The position numbers and the translations under genes were made by a program. Source: Mobula hypostoma (lineage: Eukaryota). From it: 62,000 bases of DNA. Location: NCBI RefSeq assembly GCF_963921235.1, contig NC_086101.1, forward strand, positions 2,046,001-2,108,000. The letters are read 5' to 3'. Positions 26,867-39,929 of the stretch are shown piece by piece. The notes beneath the pieces are model-generated. The model was given only the letters and a program-made list of their open reading frames with translations, had not been told where the DNA came from and searched no databases. Within the stretch, counting starts at the first letter, position 1; each line of letters starts with the position of its first letter.

Positions 26867-27497
26867 GCCTGCTATTGTGCGGCCAGCAAACCCAGCAAAC
26901 GAGAAACTACAGATCAAGCAACGACTGTAGGGGTGGTCGGGGAAGCAAATTTCAGGTCAGGACCCTGCGCAAGGCCCTTACCTTTATCTGTGCACAAATC
27001 CAATGCTATTATTCTCCCAAAATCAAGTCCCCATTGGCTGATCTTTTTCTGTCAACAGCGAAAAGTTAGGTGCTACAGGGGTGAGCTTGACACTAGAGTG
27101 ACAGTTCAGGGTTCAATCTGGGTGCTCCAGGTTGCTCCCACTGTCTAAAGATATACCGTACCAGTTAGTAATTTAATTGGCCATTGTAAATTGTCCTGTG
27201 ATTATGCTAGGATTAAATAGGTGGGTTGCTGTGGGCCTCGTCTGTGCTCTAAATAAATAAATTAAATTGGCTGGCCTGTCATGAAACTTGGTACATGGGC
27301 AATAGTATGTACCATTCTTAAAAAGGCATTTTTGAATAACATGAAGAGAAGGCCGATATAGTTTCTCAATAAATATAATACAATCGAAGGCAAGCGACCT
27401 GTATATTGTAATATGGAAACACAAATTCCAAACTGGAAAAATGGTGCACTTTGATCATCACATCGTTAGCAACAAAAGTTTGAAAAGTAATACTTAC

Positions 27498-27532
27498 GCT
27501 TTGACATTGTGTTATCATGTCAACTAGCTTTC
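27498..27532 (-). CDS. CD47-like gene: 35-nt cytoplasmic exon (G)KLVDMITQCQS
   Basis: ctttctttccttttgtAG ... AGC|GTAAGT; phase 1 to phase 0. Confidence 0.7.
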
Positions 27533-28873
27533 CTACAAAAGGAAAGAAAGGCCATTCAACACATCTTTCAACACATTGTCTTTCATTCTGCATTGGTTTT
27601 TGGTGGCGCTTCCCCATTCTCTTGCAAAAGCGATTTAAATATAACACAGTTTCTACAATGTAGTGAAGAAAGCAGAGTGAGGAACAGGCAAAGATTTCTC
27701 TGTTCTCACTGCTGCCTTCCCGTGGAAACACTGGCACCTTCACCTTTGATGGTTCGGAAGGTAGGAAAGGCAAGTTTATCTGCAGTGTTACCACTACACA
27801 TCAGTAGGTGCTGTGAATGACAACAGCCAGCCTCTGCTCTACCTTGTCCAGACCATGTCCTCAAAGCCGCCCAGGAGCTCTCCCCGAGCCCACCCCCCTT
27901 GGTATGTCACTGCGACTGGAAAGGATTGTGGGCAGGATGAGGAACATCGGTCTTGCACTGGGACTAAGGTAGATTAGACCATAAAACACAGGAGCAGAAT
28001 TAGCCATTCAGCCCATCGGATCTGCTTCACCGTGGCTAATATACGTTCCTTCTCAGTCCCATTCTCCTTCCTTCTCCTCATAACCTTTGACACCCTTACT
28101 CATCAAAAACCTATCAACCTCAGTCTTAGATATACTCAAAGACTTGCCTCCACAGCCACCTGTTGCAATGAACACCACAGATTCACCACTGACTGAAGAA
28201 TTCCTCCTCATCTTTGTTCCAAATGGATGTCCTTCTGTTCTGACGTTGCGCCCACTGGTCCTAGACTCACCCACTATTGGAACCATCCTCCCCACATCCA
28301 CTCTATCCAGACCTTTTGATATGTATCCCCCTCATTCCTCTAAACTCCAGTCAGTCTTTATGTATATCTCAGGCAGAGGTTGATAGATTCTTGATTGGTC
28401 AGGACATGAAGGGTATGGGAGAAAGCAGGAGACTGGAGCTAAGAAGAAAATTGGATCAGCCATGATGAAATAGCAAAGGAAACTCGGTGGGCCCTATGGT
28501 CTAATGGAGTACGGGCCCAGAACCATCAAGCGTTCCCCATATGTTAACCTTTCATTTGCATGGTTAAGTAGAGAACTGGCTCTCAAAATGCTATCTGTAT
28601 GTAACTGCAGTGCTTAGGCAACTGCAATCACACCTGAAAGCCACAACCTCTACCGGGCAGCTCCTGCAGATCCTCTAAATCACTCAACACCTCGACTGGA
28701 GAATCTGTCCCTACTCCTTTATCACTAAACATCACCACACGAGATTCTGCAAATGCTAGAAATCCAGATTAATAGACACCAAGTGCTGGAGTATCTCAGC
28801 AAATCGGGTTGGGGGAGGGGGGAATAAATAGTTGAGGAATATAGGTCAGCGATCAGGTTTGGGCAGGGTGTAC

Positions 28874-28909
28874 CTGAGCCTATCAGCAATGTCTGTTTCC
28901 TGAAATAGA
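28874..28909 (-). CDS. CD47-like gene: 36-nt juxtamembrane exon (I)YFRKQTLLIGS
   Basis: gatttttttcAG ... CAG|GTACAC; phase 1/1. Completes the last TM helix and supplies the basic stop-transfer RK. Confidence 0.6.
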
Positions 28910-29449
28910 CTGAAAAAAATCACCAGAAATCCTAACTTCACTTTAGTTGACAATACAGTTTCTGAGTGCCAGGTGCAGACAGCAGATTTATCCACAACAC
29001 AGACAAAATGCTGGAGAAGCTCAGCAAGTCAGGTAACATCTATGGAGAGGATTAAACAGTCAACGTCGGGACTCTCCATGGACGCTGCCTACCTGCTGAG
29101 TTCCTCCAGCATTTTGTGTGTGTTGCTCCGGATTTCCAGCATCTGCAGATTCTCTCGTGTTAAGGGCTTCTTCCCAGTTTCTCAGCTCCTGGGTTTGAAG
29201 TAAACTTCTCATTGGTCTCTCCTCATCCTCTCTCCTACAAATATTTAGTTACAATTTCAACACTTCTGCTGTTCAATGCTATATTAACCTTTTCTATGAA
29301 GCTTCACAGAGGCCAGCCAATGAAAAATAAAGTAGTTTGGATCATACAACTGAGAAATCTTCTGACAATCATTTACTGGACTTGGTTAGACAGATTGTTT
29401 TAGATCCTATATCAGAAATCTGGCTTTAGTTGGGAAGGCAGCCAAATGA

Positions 29450-30848
29450 TAGGGTTCTAAGAGTAAACCTAGCAATTATTGGCCTGGGAGTTTGACGTCA
29501 GTGGTGGGTAAATTGATGGAAAGTATTCTTAGAGATGGTATATATAATTATCTGGATAGACAGGGTCTGATTAGGAACAGTCAACATGGATTTGTGCATG
29601 GAAGGTCATGTTTGACAAATCTTATTGAATTTTTTGAAGAGGGTACTAGGAAAGTTGACGAGGGTAAAGCGGTGGATGTTGTCTATGTGGACTTCAGTAA
29701 GGCAAGGTTCCACACTGAAGGTTAGTTAGGAAGGTTCAATCATTAGGTATTAATATGGAAGTAGTAAAATGGCTTCAGCAGTGGTTGGATGGGAGATGCC
29801 AGAGAGGAGTGGTGGATAACTGTGTGTCAGATTGGAGGCCGGTGACTAGTGGTGTGCCTCAGGGATCTGTACTGGGTCATATATATTAATGATCTGGATA
29901 ATGGGGTGGTAAATTGGATTAGTAAGTATGCAGATGATACTAAGACAGGTGGAGCTGTGGATAATGAAGTAGGTTTTCAAAGCTTGCAGAGAGATTTAGG
30001 CCAGTTAGAAAAGTGGGCTGAAAGATGGCAGATGGAGTTTAATGCCGAAAAATATGAGGTGCTACATTTTGGTAGGACTAATCAAAATAGGCATACGTGG
30101 TAAATGGTAGGGCATTGAAGAATGCTGTAGAACAGAGGGATCTAGGAATAATGGTGCATAGTTTCCTGAAAGTGGAATCTCATGTGGATAGGGTGGTGAA
30201 GAAAGCTTTTGGTATGCTGGCCTTTATAAATCAGAGCATTGAGTATAGGAGTTGCGATGTAATGTTAAAATTGTACAAGGCATTGGTGAGGCCAAATTTG
30301 GAGTACTGTGTACAGTTCTGGTTACCAAATTATAGGAATGGTGTCAACAAAATAGAGAGAGTACAGAGAAGATTTACTAGAATGTTACCTGGGTTTCATC
30401 ACCCAAGTTACAGAGAAAGGTTGAACAAGTCGGGTCTTTATTCTTTGGAGCGTAGAAGGTTGAGGGGGGACTTGATAGAGGTATTTAAAATTATGAGGGG
30501 GATAGATAGAGTTGACGTGGATAGGCTTTTTCCATTGAGAGTGGGGGAGGTTCAAACAAGAGGACACGAGTTGAGAGTTAAAGGACAAAAGTTTAGGGGT
30601 AACATGAGGGGGAACTTCTTTACTCAGAGAGTCGTAGCTGTGTGGAACGAGCTTCCAGCAGAAGTGGTTGAGGCAGATTCGATGTTGTCATTTAAAGTTA
30701 AATTGGACAGCTATATGGACAGGAAAGGAATGGAGGGTTATGGGCTGAGTGCAGGTTGGTGGGACTAGGTGAGAGTAAGCGTTCGGCACTGAGTAGAAGG
30801 GCCAAGATGGCCTGTTTCCGTGCTGTAATTGTTACATGGTTATATGGA
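29450..30848 (+). mobile_element. 5'-truncated CR1 LINE (a further family)
   Basis: ORF pieces 29492-29725, 29849-30103 (YADD) and 30097-30768. Confidence 0.9.
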
Positions 30849-30919
30849 TTCATGTAAAGTGTTTCTGCTCCACTGCAAAGTCTCTTTAAGTGATGACCAA
30901 CCTAACCTGAAGAAGACCT

Positions 30920-33201
30920 TAATATGGTGGAATTCTTCATTAAGATGGAGAGTGACATAGTTAATTCAGAAACAAAGGTTCTGAATTTAAAGAGGGGTAA
31001 CTTTGAAGGTATGAGACGTGAATTAGCTAAGATAGACTGGCAAATGACACTTAAAGGATTGACGGTGGATATGCAATGGCAAGCATTTAAAGGTTGCATG
31101 GATGAACTACAACAATTGTTCATCCCAGTTTGGCAAAAGAATAAATCAAGGAAGGTAGTGCACCCGTGGCTGACAAGAGAAATTAGGGATAGTATCAATT
31201 CCAAAGAAGAAGCATACAAATTAGCCAGAGAAAGTGGCTCACCTGAGGACTGGGAGAAATTCAGAGTTCAGCAGAGGAGGACAAAGGGCTTAATTAGGAA
31301 GGGGAAGAAAGATTATGAGAGAAAACTGGCAGGGAACATAAAAACTGACTGTAAAAGCTTTTATAGATATGTAAAAAGGAAAAGACTGGTAAAGACAAAT
31401 GTAGGTCCCCTACAGACAGAAACAGGTGAATTGATTATGGGGAGCAAGGACATGGCAGACCAATTGAATAATTACTTTGGTTCTGTCTTCACTAAGGAGG
31501 ACATAAATAATCTTCCAGAAATAGTAGGGGACAGAGGGTCCAGTGCGATGGAGGAACTGAGCGAAATACATGTTAGTAGGGAAGTGGTGTTAGGTAAATT
31601 GAAGGGATTGAAGGCAGATAAATCCCCAGGGCCAGATGGTCTGCATCCTAGAGTGCTTAAGGAAGTAGCCCAAGAAATAGTGGATGCATTAGTGATAATT
31701 TTTCAAAACTCGTTAGAACTGGACTAGTTCCTGAGGATTGGAGGGTGGCTAATGTAACCCCACTTTTTAAAAAAGGAGGGAGAGAGAAACTGGGGAATTA
31801 TAGACCGGTTAGCCTAACGTCGGTGGTGGGGAAACTGCTGGAGTCAGTTATCAAAGATGTGATAACAGCACATTTGGAAAGCGGTGAAATCATCGGACAA
31901 AGTCAGCATGGATTTGTGAAGGGAAAATCATGTCTGACGAATCTCATAGAATTTTTTGAGGATGTAACTAGTAGAGTGGATAGGGGAGATCCAGTGGATG
32001 TGCTATATTTGGATTTTCAAAAGGCTTTTGACAAGGTCCCACACAGGAGATTAGTGTGCAAACTTAAAGCACACGGTATTGGGGGTAAGGTATTGATGTG
32101 GATGGAGAATTGGTTAGCAGACAGGAAGCAAAGAGTGGGAATAAACGGGACCTTTTCAGAATGGCAGGCGGTGACTAGTGGGGTACCGCAAGGCTCAGTG
32201 CTGGGACCCCAGTTGTTTACAATATATATTAATGACTTGGATGAGGGAATTAAATGCAGCATCTCCAAGTTTGCGGATGACACGAAGCTGGGTGGCAGTG
32301 TTAGCTGTGAGGAGGATGCTAAGAGGATGCAGAGTGACTTGGATAGGTTGGGTGAGTGGGCAAATTCATGGCAGATGCAATTTAATGTGGATAAATGTGA
32401 AGTTATCCACTTTGGTGGCAAAAATAGGAAAACAGATTATTATCTGAATGGTGGCCGATTAGGAAAAGGGGAGGTGCAACGAGACCTGGGTGTCATTATA
32501 CACCAGTCATTGAAAGTGGGCATGCAGGTACAGCAGGCGGTGAAAAAGGCGAATGGTATGCTGGCATTTATAGCGAGAGGATTCGAGTACAGGAGCAGGG
32601 AGGTACTACTGCAGTTGTACAAGGCCTTGGTGAGACCACACCTGGAGTATTGTGTGCAGTTTTGGTCCCCTAATCTGAGGAAAGACATCCTTGCCATAGA
32701 GGGAGTACAAAGAAGGTTCACCGGATTGATTCCTGGGATGGCAGGACTTTCATATGAAGAAAGACTGGATGAACTGGGTTTGTACTCGTTGGAATTTAGA
32801 AGATTGAGCAGGGGATCTGATTGAAACGTATAAAATCCTAAAGGGATTGGACAGGCTAGATGCAGGAAGATTATTCCCGATGTTGGGGAAGTCCAGAACA
32901 AGGGGTCACAGTTTGAGGATAAAGGGGAAGCCTTTTAGGACCGAGATTAGGAAAAACTTCTTCACACACAGAGAGTGGTGAATCTGTGGAATTCTCTGCC
33001 ACAGGAAACTGTTGAGGCCAGTTCATTGGCTATATTTAAGAGGGAGTTAGATATGGCCCTTGTGGGTACGGGGATCAGGGGGTATGGAGGGAAGATTGGG
33101 GCGGGGTTCTGAGTTGGATGATCAGCCATGATCATAATAAATGGCGGTGCAGGCTCGAAGGGCCGAATGGCCTACTCCTGCACCTATTTTCTATGTTTTC
33201 T
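30920..33201 (+). mobile_element. Young 5'-truncated CR1 LINE (family A), frameshifted
   Basis: ORFs 30924-31727 and 31745-32824 are near-identical to other family A copies; tail TTTTCTATGTTTTCT. Confidence 0.95.
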
Positions 33202-33839
33202 AAGTGTAAATCATCTTTTCAAAGGGAGCTCAGTGAGACCCTCTCTCATTGTTCATTTTCATTACTATCCCTATATTCAGATTAAGATTCATAAAGTTCT
33301 GTCATTTAACTGCATATGGTGTACTGTCTGATATTTTGCGTTGTGGGTTTGTAACTGGAACATCCACACAAACGTGATGACCCAGTTTGGTGGGGTCGAA
33401 GGCTGATTCCCCTAGACGAACACGAGCTGGGCCAGCCTGAGGGTCACACATACTTTTCCCTTTTCTTCCTAACTGAATCCATCACATCTCTGGACGTCCA
33501 AGGTTCTCTTATCTTTAGAGGCGTAGAGTCATTGAGAAGTTCAGCAGAGAAACAGGCCCTTTGGCTCATCCAGTCCATGTCAACTGCCTCCTCCCATCGA
33601 TCTGCACTGGGACCAGAGCCCTGCATCCCAGTCCTTCCTTCCAACTGGAACACATCTTTCCTGTACTCTGTGCAATTGATCTTTCAACACCCTCCACAGG
33701 TCTGATGTGGACTTGCCAGACAAAAGGTGTTCACAATTAACTGCCTAATGCCCTCATAATTTGCCCTACTCCAATTTAAAACTCTTCTGCAATTTCATAC
33801 ATATCCTTATCTACAGCTACCCCAAAAGTTAAGGAGTTG

Positions 33840-35640
33840 TAGAAACCCTACAGCACAATACAGGCCCTTCGATACACAAAGCTGTGCCAAACATGAACTT
33901 AGCTTAGAAATTACCGAGGGTTACCCACCGAGGGTTACCCATAGCCCTCTATTTTTCTAAGCTCCATGTACCTATCCAGGAGTCTCTTAGAAGACCCTAT
34001 TGTATCCATCTCCACCACCATTGCTGGCAGCCCATTCCATGCTCTCACCACTCTCTGTGTAAAAAACTTACCCCGGACGTCTCCTCTGTACCTACTTCCA
34101 AGCACCTTAAAACTGTGCCCTCTCGTGACAGCCATTTCAGCCCTGGGGAAAAGCCTCTGACTATCCACACGATCAATGCCTCTCATCATCTTGTACACCT
34201 CTATCAGGTCACCTCTCATCCTCCATCGCTCCAAGGAGAAAAGGCCAAGTTCACTCAACCTGTTTTCATAACGAATGCTCCCCAATCCAGGCAACATCCT
34301 TGTAAATTTCCTCTGCACCCTTTCTATGGTTTCCACATCCTTCCTGTAGTGAGGCGACCAGAAATGAGCACAGTACTCCAAGTGGGGTCTGACCAGGGTC
34401 CTTATAGCTATAACATTACCTCTCGGCTCCTAAAATCAATCCCAGGATTGATGAAGGCTAATGCACCGTATGCTTTCTTAACCACAGAGTCAACCTGCAC
34501 AGCAGCTTTGTGTGTCCTAAGGACTCGGACCCCAAGATCCCTCTGAACCTCCACACTGCCAAGAGTGTTAACAATAATACTATATTCTGCCATCATATTT
34601 GACCTTCCAACATGAACCACCTCACACTTATCTGGGTTGAACTCCATCTGCCACTTCTCAGCCCAGTTTAACATCCTATCAATGACCCACTGTAACCTCT
34701 GACAGCCCTCCACACTATCCACAACACCCCAAACCTTTGAGCCATCAGCAAACTTACTAACCCATCCCTCCACTTCTTCATCCAGGTCATTTATAAATAT
34801 CACAAAGAGTAGGGGTCCCAGAACAGATCCCTGAGGCACTCCACTGGTGACCAACCTCCATGCAGAATATGACCCGTCTGCAACCACTCTTTGCCTTCTG
34901 TGGGCAACCCAGATCCACAAAGCAATGTCCTCTTGGATCCCATGCCTCCATACTTTCTCAATGAGCCTTGCATGGGGTACCTTATCAAATGCCTTGCTGA
35001 AATCTATATACACTAAATCTACTGCTCTTCCTTCATCAATCTGTTTAGTCACATCCTCAAAAAATTTAATCAGGCTCGTAAGGCACGACCTGCCTTTGAC
35101 AAAGCCATGCTGACTATTCCTAATCATATTATGCCTCTCCAAATGTTCATAAATCCTGCCTCTCAGGATCTTCTCCATCAACTTACCAACCACTGAGGTA
35201 AGACTCACTGGTCTATAATTTCCTGGGCTATCTCTACTCCCTTTCTTGAATAAGGGAACAACACCCGCAACCCTCCAATTCTCCGGAACCTCTCCCGTCC
35301 CCATTGATGATACAAAGATCATTGCCAGAGGCTCAACAATTTCCTCCCTCACCTCCCACAGTAGATTGGGGTACATCTTGTCCGGTCCCAGTGACTTATC
35401 CACCTTGATGCTTTCCAAAAGCTCCAGCATATCCTCTTCATTAATATCTACATGCTCAAGTTTTTCAGTCCACTGTAAGTCATCCCTATAATCGCCAAGA
35501 TCCTTTTCCATAGTGAATACTGAAGTAAAGTATTCATTAAGTACCTCTGCTATCTCCTCCGGTTCCATACACACACTTTTCCGCTGTCACACGTGATTGG
35601 TCCTATTCTCTCACGTCTTTCCTCTTGCTCTTCACGTACA
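33840..35640 (-). mobile_element. 5'-truncated CR1 LINE (family C) within an older minus-strand CR1 (~33450-36350)
   Basis: ORFs 34408-35574 and 33935-34381 carry RT motifs; flanking endonuclease remnant (ESVWVEL..GLYYRP; VMGDFKFP). Confidence 0.9.
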
Positions 35641-36565
35641 GTTGTGGTCACTGTTCCCTGACTGCTCACCCACTGAAAGGTCAGTCACCTGGCCAGGCTC
35701 ATTGTCCAACACCAGGACCAGTGTGGCCCCTCCTCGCATTAGACCATCGACATATTGATTTAAGAACCCTTCCCGGATACACATAACAAATTCTACCCCG
35801 TCTCAACCCCTTGCACTAAGAAAGTCACAGTTTACGTTAGGGAACTTGAAATCCCCCATGACACCAACCCTATTATTTTTAAACATTTCCATAATCTGAT
35901 TACGTGTCTGTTCCTCAATGTCCCGGTGGCTGTTAGGGGTCTGTAGTACAATCCCATCCGTGTGATTGCACCCTTCCCATTCCCGAGTTCCACCCAAACG
36001 GACTCAGTGTCTGACCCCTCCATTACGTCTCCCCTGAGTGCAGTTGTGATATTGTCCCTGATTAGCAGTGCAACACCACCCCCACTTTTACTTCCTCCTC
36101 CGTCTTTTCTATAACTTCAAAAACCTAGTGTATTAATCACTTTTTCCTGCCCCTCTCTCAACCGAGTTTCAGTAATGGTTACATCATAGTTCCATGGTTT
36201 AAGTTAATCACCCTAACCCATAATACTCCTCGCATTAAAACATACACTCTTCAAACTAGCTGACCCATCATACCTGTTATTTTGATTTTGCCTTTCAGTA
36301 CTTTCTGCAACATCTACCTTCCCTTACCGACCTGGGGCTCCAGTTGCCAGCTGTCTGTAAAGCTAACTTAAACTGGTTATGTTTTTATTAACAGTGAAAT
36401 GATGAATAAATGGAAGTAAACAGTTGAACCTTTTTCCCTTAAGAAAGTCCGTCATTACTGTTACTAATTCATCTCTGATCTACGTTAGCATGGCAGATGA
36501 GAGAATTATTTTCGGAGATTATCCCCAGCCTCAATGCGCCTGAGGCCGATATTTCCAATACTTAC

Positions 36566-36658
36566 TGAAAGTGAAGACAATCAGACACAATATGAAGGGT
36601 GAGGCCAGTGCACCAAGTAATCTGTGTAGCAAAGGCCATTCAGGTGCACAGCCTTCCT
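36566..36658 (-). CDS. CD47-like gene: 93-nt last-TM exon (E)EGCAPEWPLLHRLLGALASPFILCLIVFTF
   Basis: ttacttctgttcatttcAG ... TCA|GTAAGT; phase 1/1, open. Resembles CD47 ACIPMHGPLLISGLSILALAQLLGLV. Not in the ORF track. Confidence 0.85.
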
Positions 36659-37773
36659 CTGAAATGAACAGAAGTAAATCCATTTGTAACTGAACTCAAA
36701 GTAAAATCCAATCTTCTCTCACAGACAGACAACAGGCTAGACCTCCTGTCATTACCACCTTCAATGGAGAAAATGCTGAGGGGATTAACCTTAATCTGGA
36801 ATGGCAGGGATTAATCAAAAGTGGTTTGAGTAACAGGGTATCATGTAGTATAGTGGATGGAGCAACACAATTACAATCTTGGGGCATCAGATTTCAAAGT
36901 TAAATTCCAGCTTCCTCTTTAAGCAAGTGGGGCTCTCCGTGTGCTCTCACATACCAGTTAGTAGGTTAATCAGTTATTGCAGTGGGTGGGAAGGGCCTGA
37001 ACCACATTGTATCACTACGTAAAATCAGTAAATGGTTAAATGGTATCGTTTGACAAAATAATCCAAGGACCTGGACAATGAGATTGCAGATGCCAGGGTC
37101 TGCAGAAGAGTAACAAACTGTACTGATGAATTTATGAACATCAATTTCTCCAAATTACAGTATTTTCCCTTCCCCCTTCCCCCTTTTTCATTTCCCCACT
37201 TCTCCTCACTTGCCTATTACCTCCCATTGGTCGTTTCTGCCACGGTCCACTCTGCTCTCCTAACAGATGCGTTCTTCTCCAGCCTTAACCTCTTCCACCT
37301 ACCACTTACCATCTTCTCAGTTCATTACCCCTCCTTCCCCCCCACCCACCTAGATTTACCTGTCATCTCAGCTTGTCCTCCCTCCTCTCCTCCCACCTTC
37401 ATATTTTGCCATCTTCCCCCTTCCTTTCCAATCCTGATGACGTCTCAGCCCATAAAAGTTGACTGTTTATTAATTTCCACAGATGCTGCCTGAGCTGCTG
37501 AGTTCCTCCAGCATTTTGTGTTGCTACTCTAGATGAGGGAGGTATGGTTTTTGTGAGGTTTTTCACATGGTCTCATGTGGGAGACTGGCCCAAAGCTGAC
37601 AGCCCACGGGATCCAGGGCAAGCTGTCAAACTGTGTCCATGACATTGGGACAGAGGTGCTGTTCTGCTGAACACTGTGGGCACTCAGTATGGGCACCAGA
37701 ATGTGTGGCTGCCCAGCAAAGTGTGTCAACTGTTCACGTAAGTTTTGATGTATACACGATAAGCAAGTGCGAG

Positions 37774-38496
37774 CAACACACATCAAAGTTGCTGGTGAAC
37801 GCAGCAGGCCAGGCAGCAATCTCCAGGAAGAGGTACAGTCGACATTTCGGGCGGAGACCCTTCGTCAGGACTAACTGAAGGAAGCGTTAGTAAGAGATTT
37901 GAAAGTGGGAGGGGAGGAGGAAATCCAAAATGATAGGAGAAGACAGGAGGGAGAGGGATGGAGCCAAGAGCTGGACAGGTGATTGGCAAAAGGGATATGA
38001 GAGGATCATGGGATGGGAGACCCAGGGAGAAGGAAAAGGGGGAGGGGAAAACCCAGAGGATGGGCAGGGGGTATAGTCAGAGGGACAGAGGGAGAAAAAG
38101 GAGAGAGAGAGAAAGAATGTATGTATATAAATTAATAACGGATGGGGTACAAGGGGGAGGTACCCCTTGCCTATCCTCTGGGTTCTCCCCCACCCCTTTT
38201 CTTTCTTCCTGGGCCTCCCATCCCATGATCCTCTCATATCCCTTTTGCCAATCACCTGTCCAGCTCTTGGCTCCATCCCTCCCCCTCCTGTCTTCTCCCA
38301 TCATTTTGGATCTCCCCCTCCCCCTCCCACTTTCAAATCCCTTACTCACTCTTCCTTCAGTTAGTCCTGATGAAGGGTCTCGGCCCGAAACGTCGACTGT
38401 ACCTCTTCCTAGAGATGCTGCCTGGCCTGCTGCGTTCACCAGCAACTTTGATGTGTGTTGTTTGAATTTCCAGCATCTGCAGAATTCCTCGTGTTT
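37774..38496. mobile_element. Palindromic non-coding Penelope-like derivative (two inverted pLTR arms, centre ~38160)
   Basis: 37774-38070 is the reverse complement of ~38162-38460; same family as 25685-26866. Degenerate flanking repeat taagcaagtgcgag / taagcaaatgtgaa. Confidence 0.88.
38363..38398 (+). ncRNA. Minimal type-I hammerhead ribozyme motif (mirror copy at 37837-37872 on minus)
   Basis: AGTC-CTGATGA-aGGGTCtcGGCCC-GAAA-CG-TC-GACT: canonical CUGAUGA/GAAA/UH core with stems I and II. Confidence 0.75.
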
Positions 38497-38668
38497 AAGC
38501 AAATGTGAATCTGAATGGACATTATGGAATTTGGTCACTAGATCTGAGAAGGTTTTGCAAGACCAGTCAGTACACATCTGCACAATAGGATACAAGAAAA
38601 TCTTCTGACTGAAGTGCAGCACATGGAGTAGTTTCTGCTGTGATTAGTGAGGCTCCACGTATACTCAC

Positions 38669-38752
38669 CACTGTGCTCATATTTCTTTATTATCAGAATG
38701 ACCATGGTGATGATCATTAATTGCACAAACAATGCCGCCAGAAGTGGGAGCC
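38669..38752 (-). CDS. CD47-like gene: 84-nt TM exon (W)LPLLAALFVQLMIITMVILIIKKYEHS
   Basis: tatttgtgtgtttcctAG ... GTG|GTGAGT; phase 1/1; one ~21-aa hydrophobic helix with a central Gln. Confidence 0.85.
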
Positions 38753-39929
38753 CTAGGAAACACACAAATAGTTCATGTCAGTTCACTGTATTCAACCCCT
38801 TGTAAACATCCTACAAAAAACTACAAGTCTCCTATGTTAATAATGTCCTTCACATGCACTCAGATGGAGATTTAATCAAATAAATGAGATTAATGGCACG
38901 GTTCACAGCTGTGTGGAGGAACTGGGCCAATGGGCTGAATGGCCTTATTGTGCTCCTATCACTCATGGTCCAACAGATAGATGTTGGTGTCCACATCCAT
39001 AGATCTCTCAAAATTGCCATGCAAGTTGATAGGGTTGTTAAGAAGGCACATGGTGTGCTGGTCTTTATTAATCAGGGGGCAAGCTGAAGCTGCATGAGGT
39101 AATGTTGCAGCTCTCGAGTCTCTGCTTAGTCAACACTTGGATTATTCTGCTGAGTTCTGGTTGCCTCAATATAGGAAGGATGTGGAAGAGAGGGTGCAGA
39201 GGAGATTTACCAGGACGCTGCATGTCTTATGATGATAGGTGTGGTGAGGTCCGGATTTTTTTCTTTGGAGGGAAGGAGGATGAGAGGGGATTTGATAGAG
39301 ATGTACAAGATGAATGAAGTGGACAGCCAGAGACCCTTTCCCAGGGTGGAAATAGCTAATACAAGAAGTGATTGGAGGAAAGTATAGGCAGAATGTCAGA
39401 GATATATTTTTTCACTACCAGGATTGAAGGTAGACACGGATACATTAAGGACATTTAAGAGAATCTTAGATAGGCTGTAGGAAAAAAATGGAGGGCTATG
39501 GGCTGTAAAGGAGGGCAGGGTTAGATTGATCGAGGGGTAGTTCTATAAAGAGTCATAGAGCACTACAGCACAGAAACAGACCCTTCAGCCCATCCATCCT
39601 GTCCCATCTACCTACATCCACATCCTATACCCTCTCATCCATATTTATCCAAATTTCACTTAGGTGTTACAATTGAACCCACATCAACCAGTTCTACTGG
39701 CTCCACACTCCCACCACCCCAACTGAAGAGTGAAGGTCCCCCGAGGACTCCCCTTCAATATTTCACCTTTCACCCAATAACCTCACCCACCCTGAGGGTG
39801 AACAGCCTGCACACATTCACCATTGCATGGTAGCAAAGTGGTCAGTGCAACACTGTTAGTGTTACTGCTTGGGATGTACTGCAGTTTGGAGTCCAATGCC
39901 AGTGCCCTCTGTAAGGGTGTGAGGGAAGG

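Noticed and set aside
33202..33450. LTR-like 3' segment, possibly continuing 30850-30920
   Set aside because: No matching TG start with a TSD could be established.
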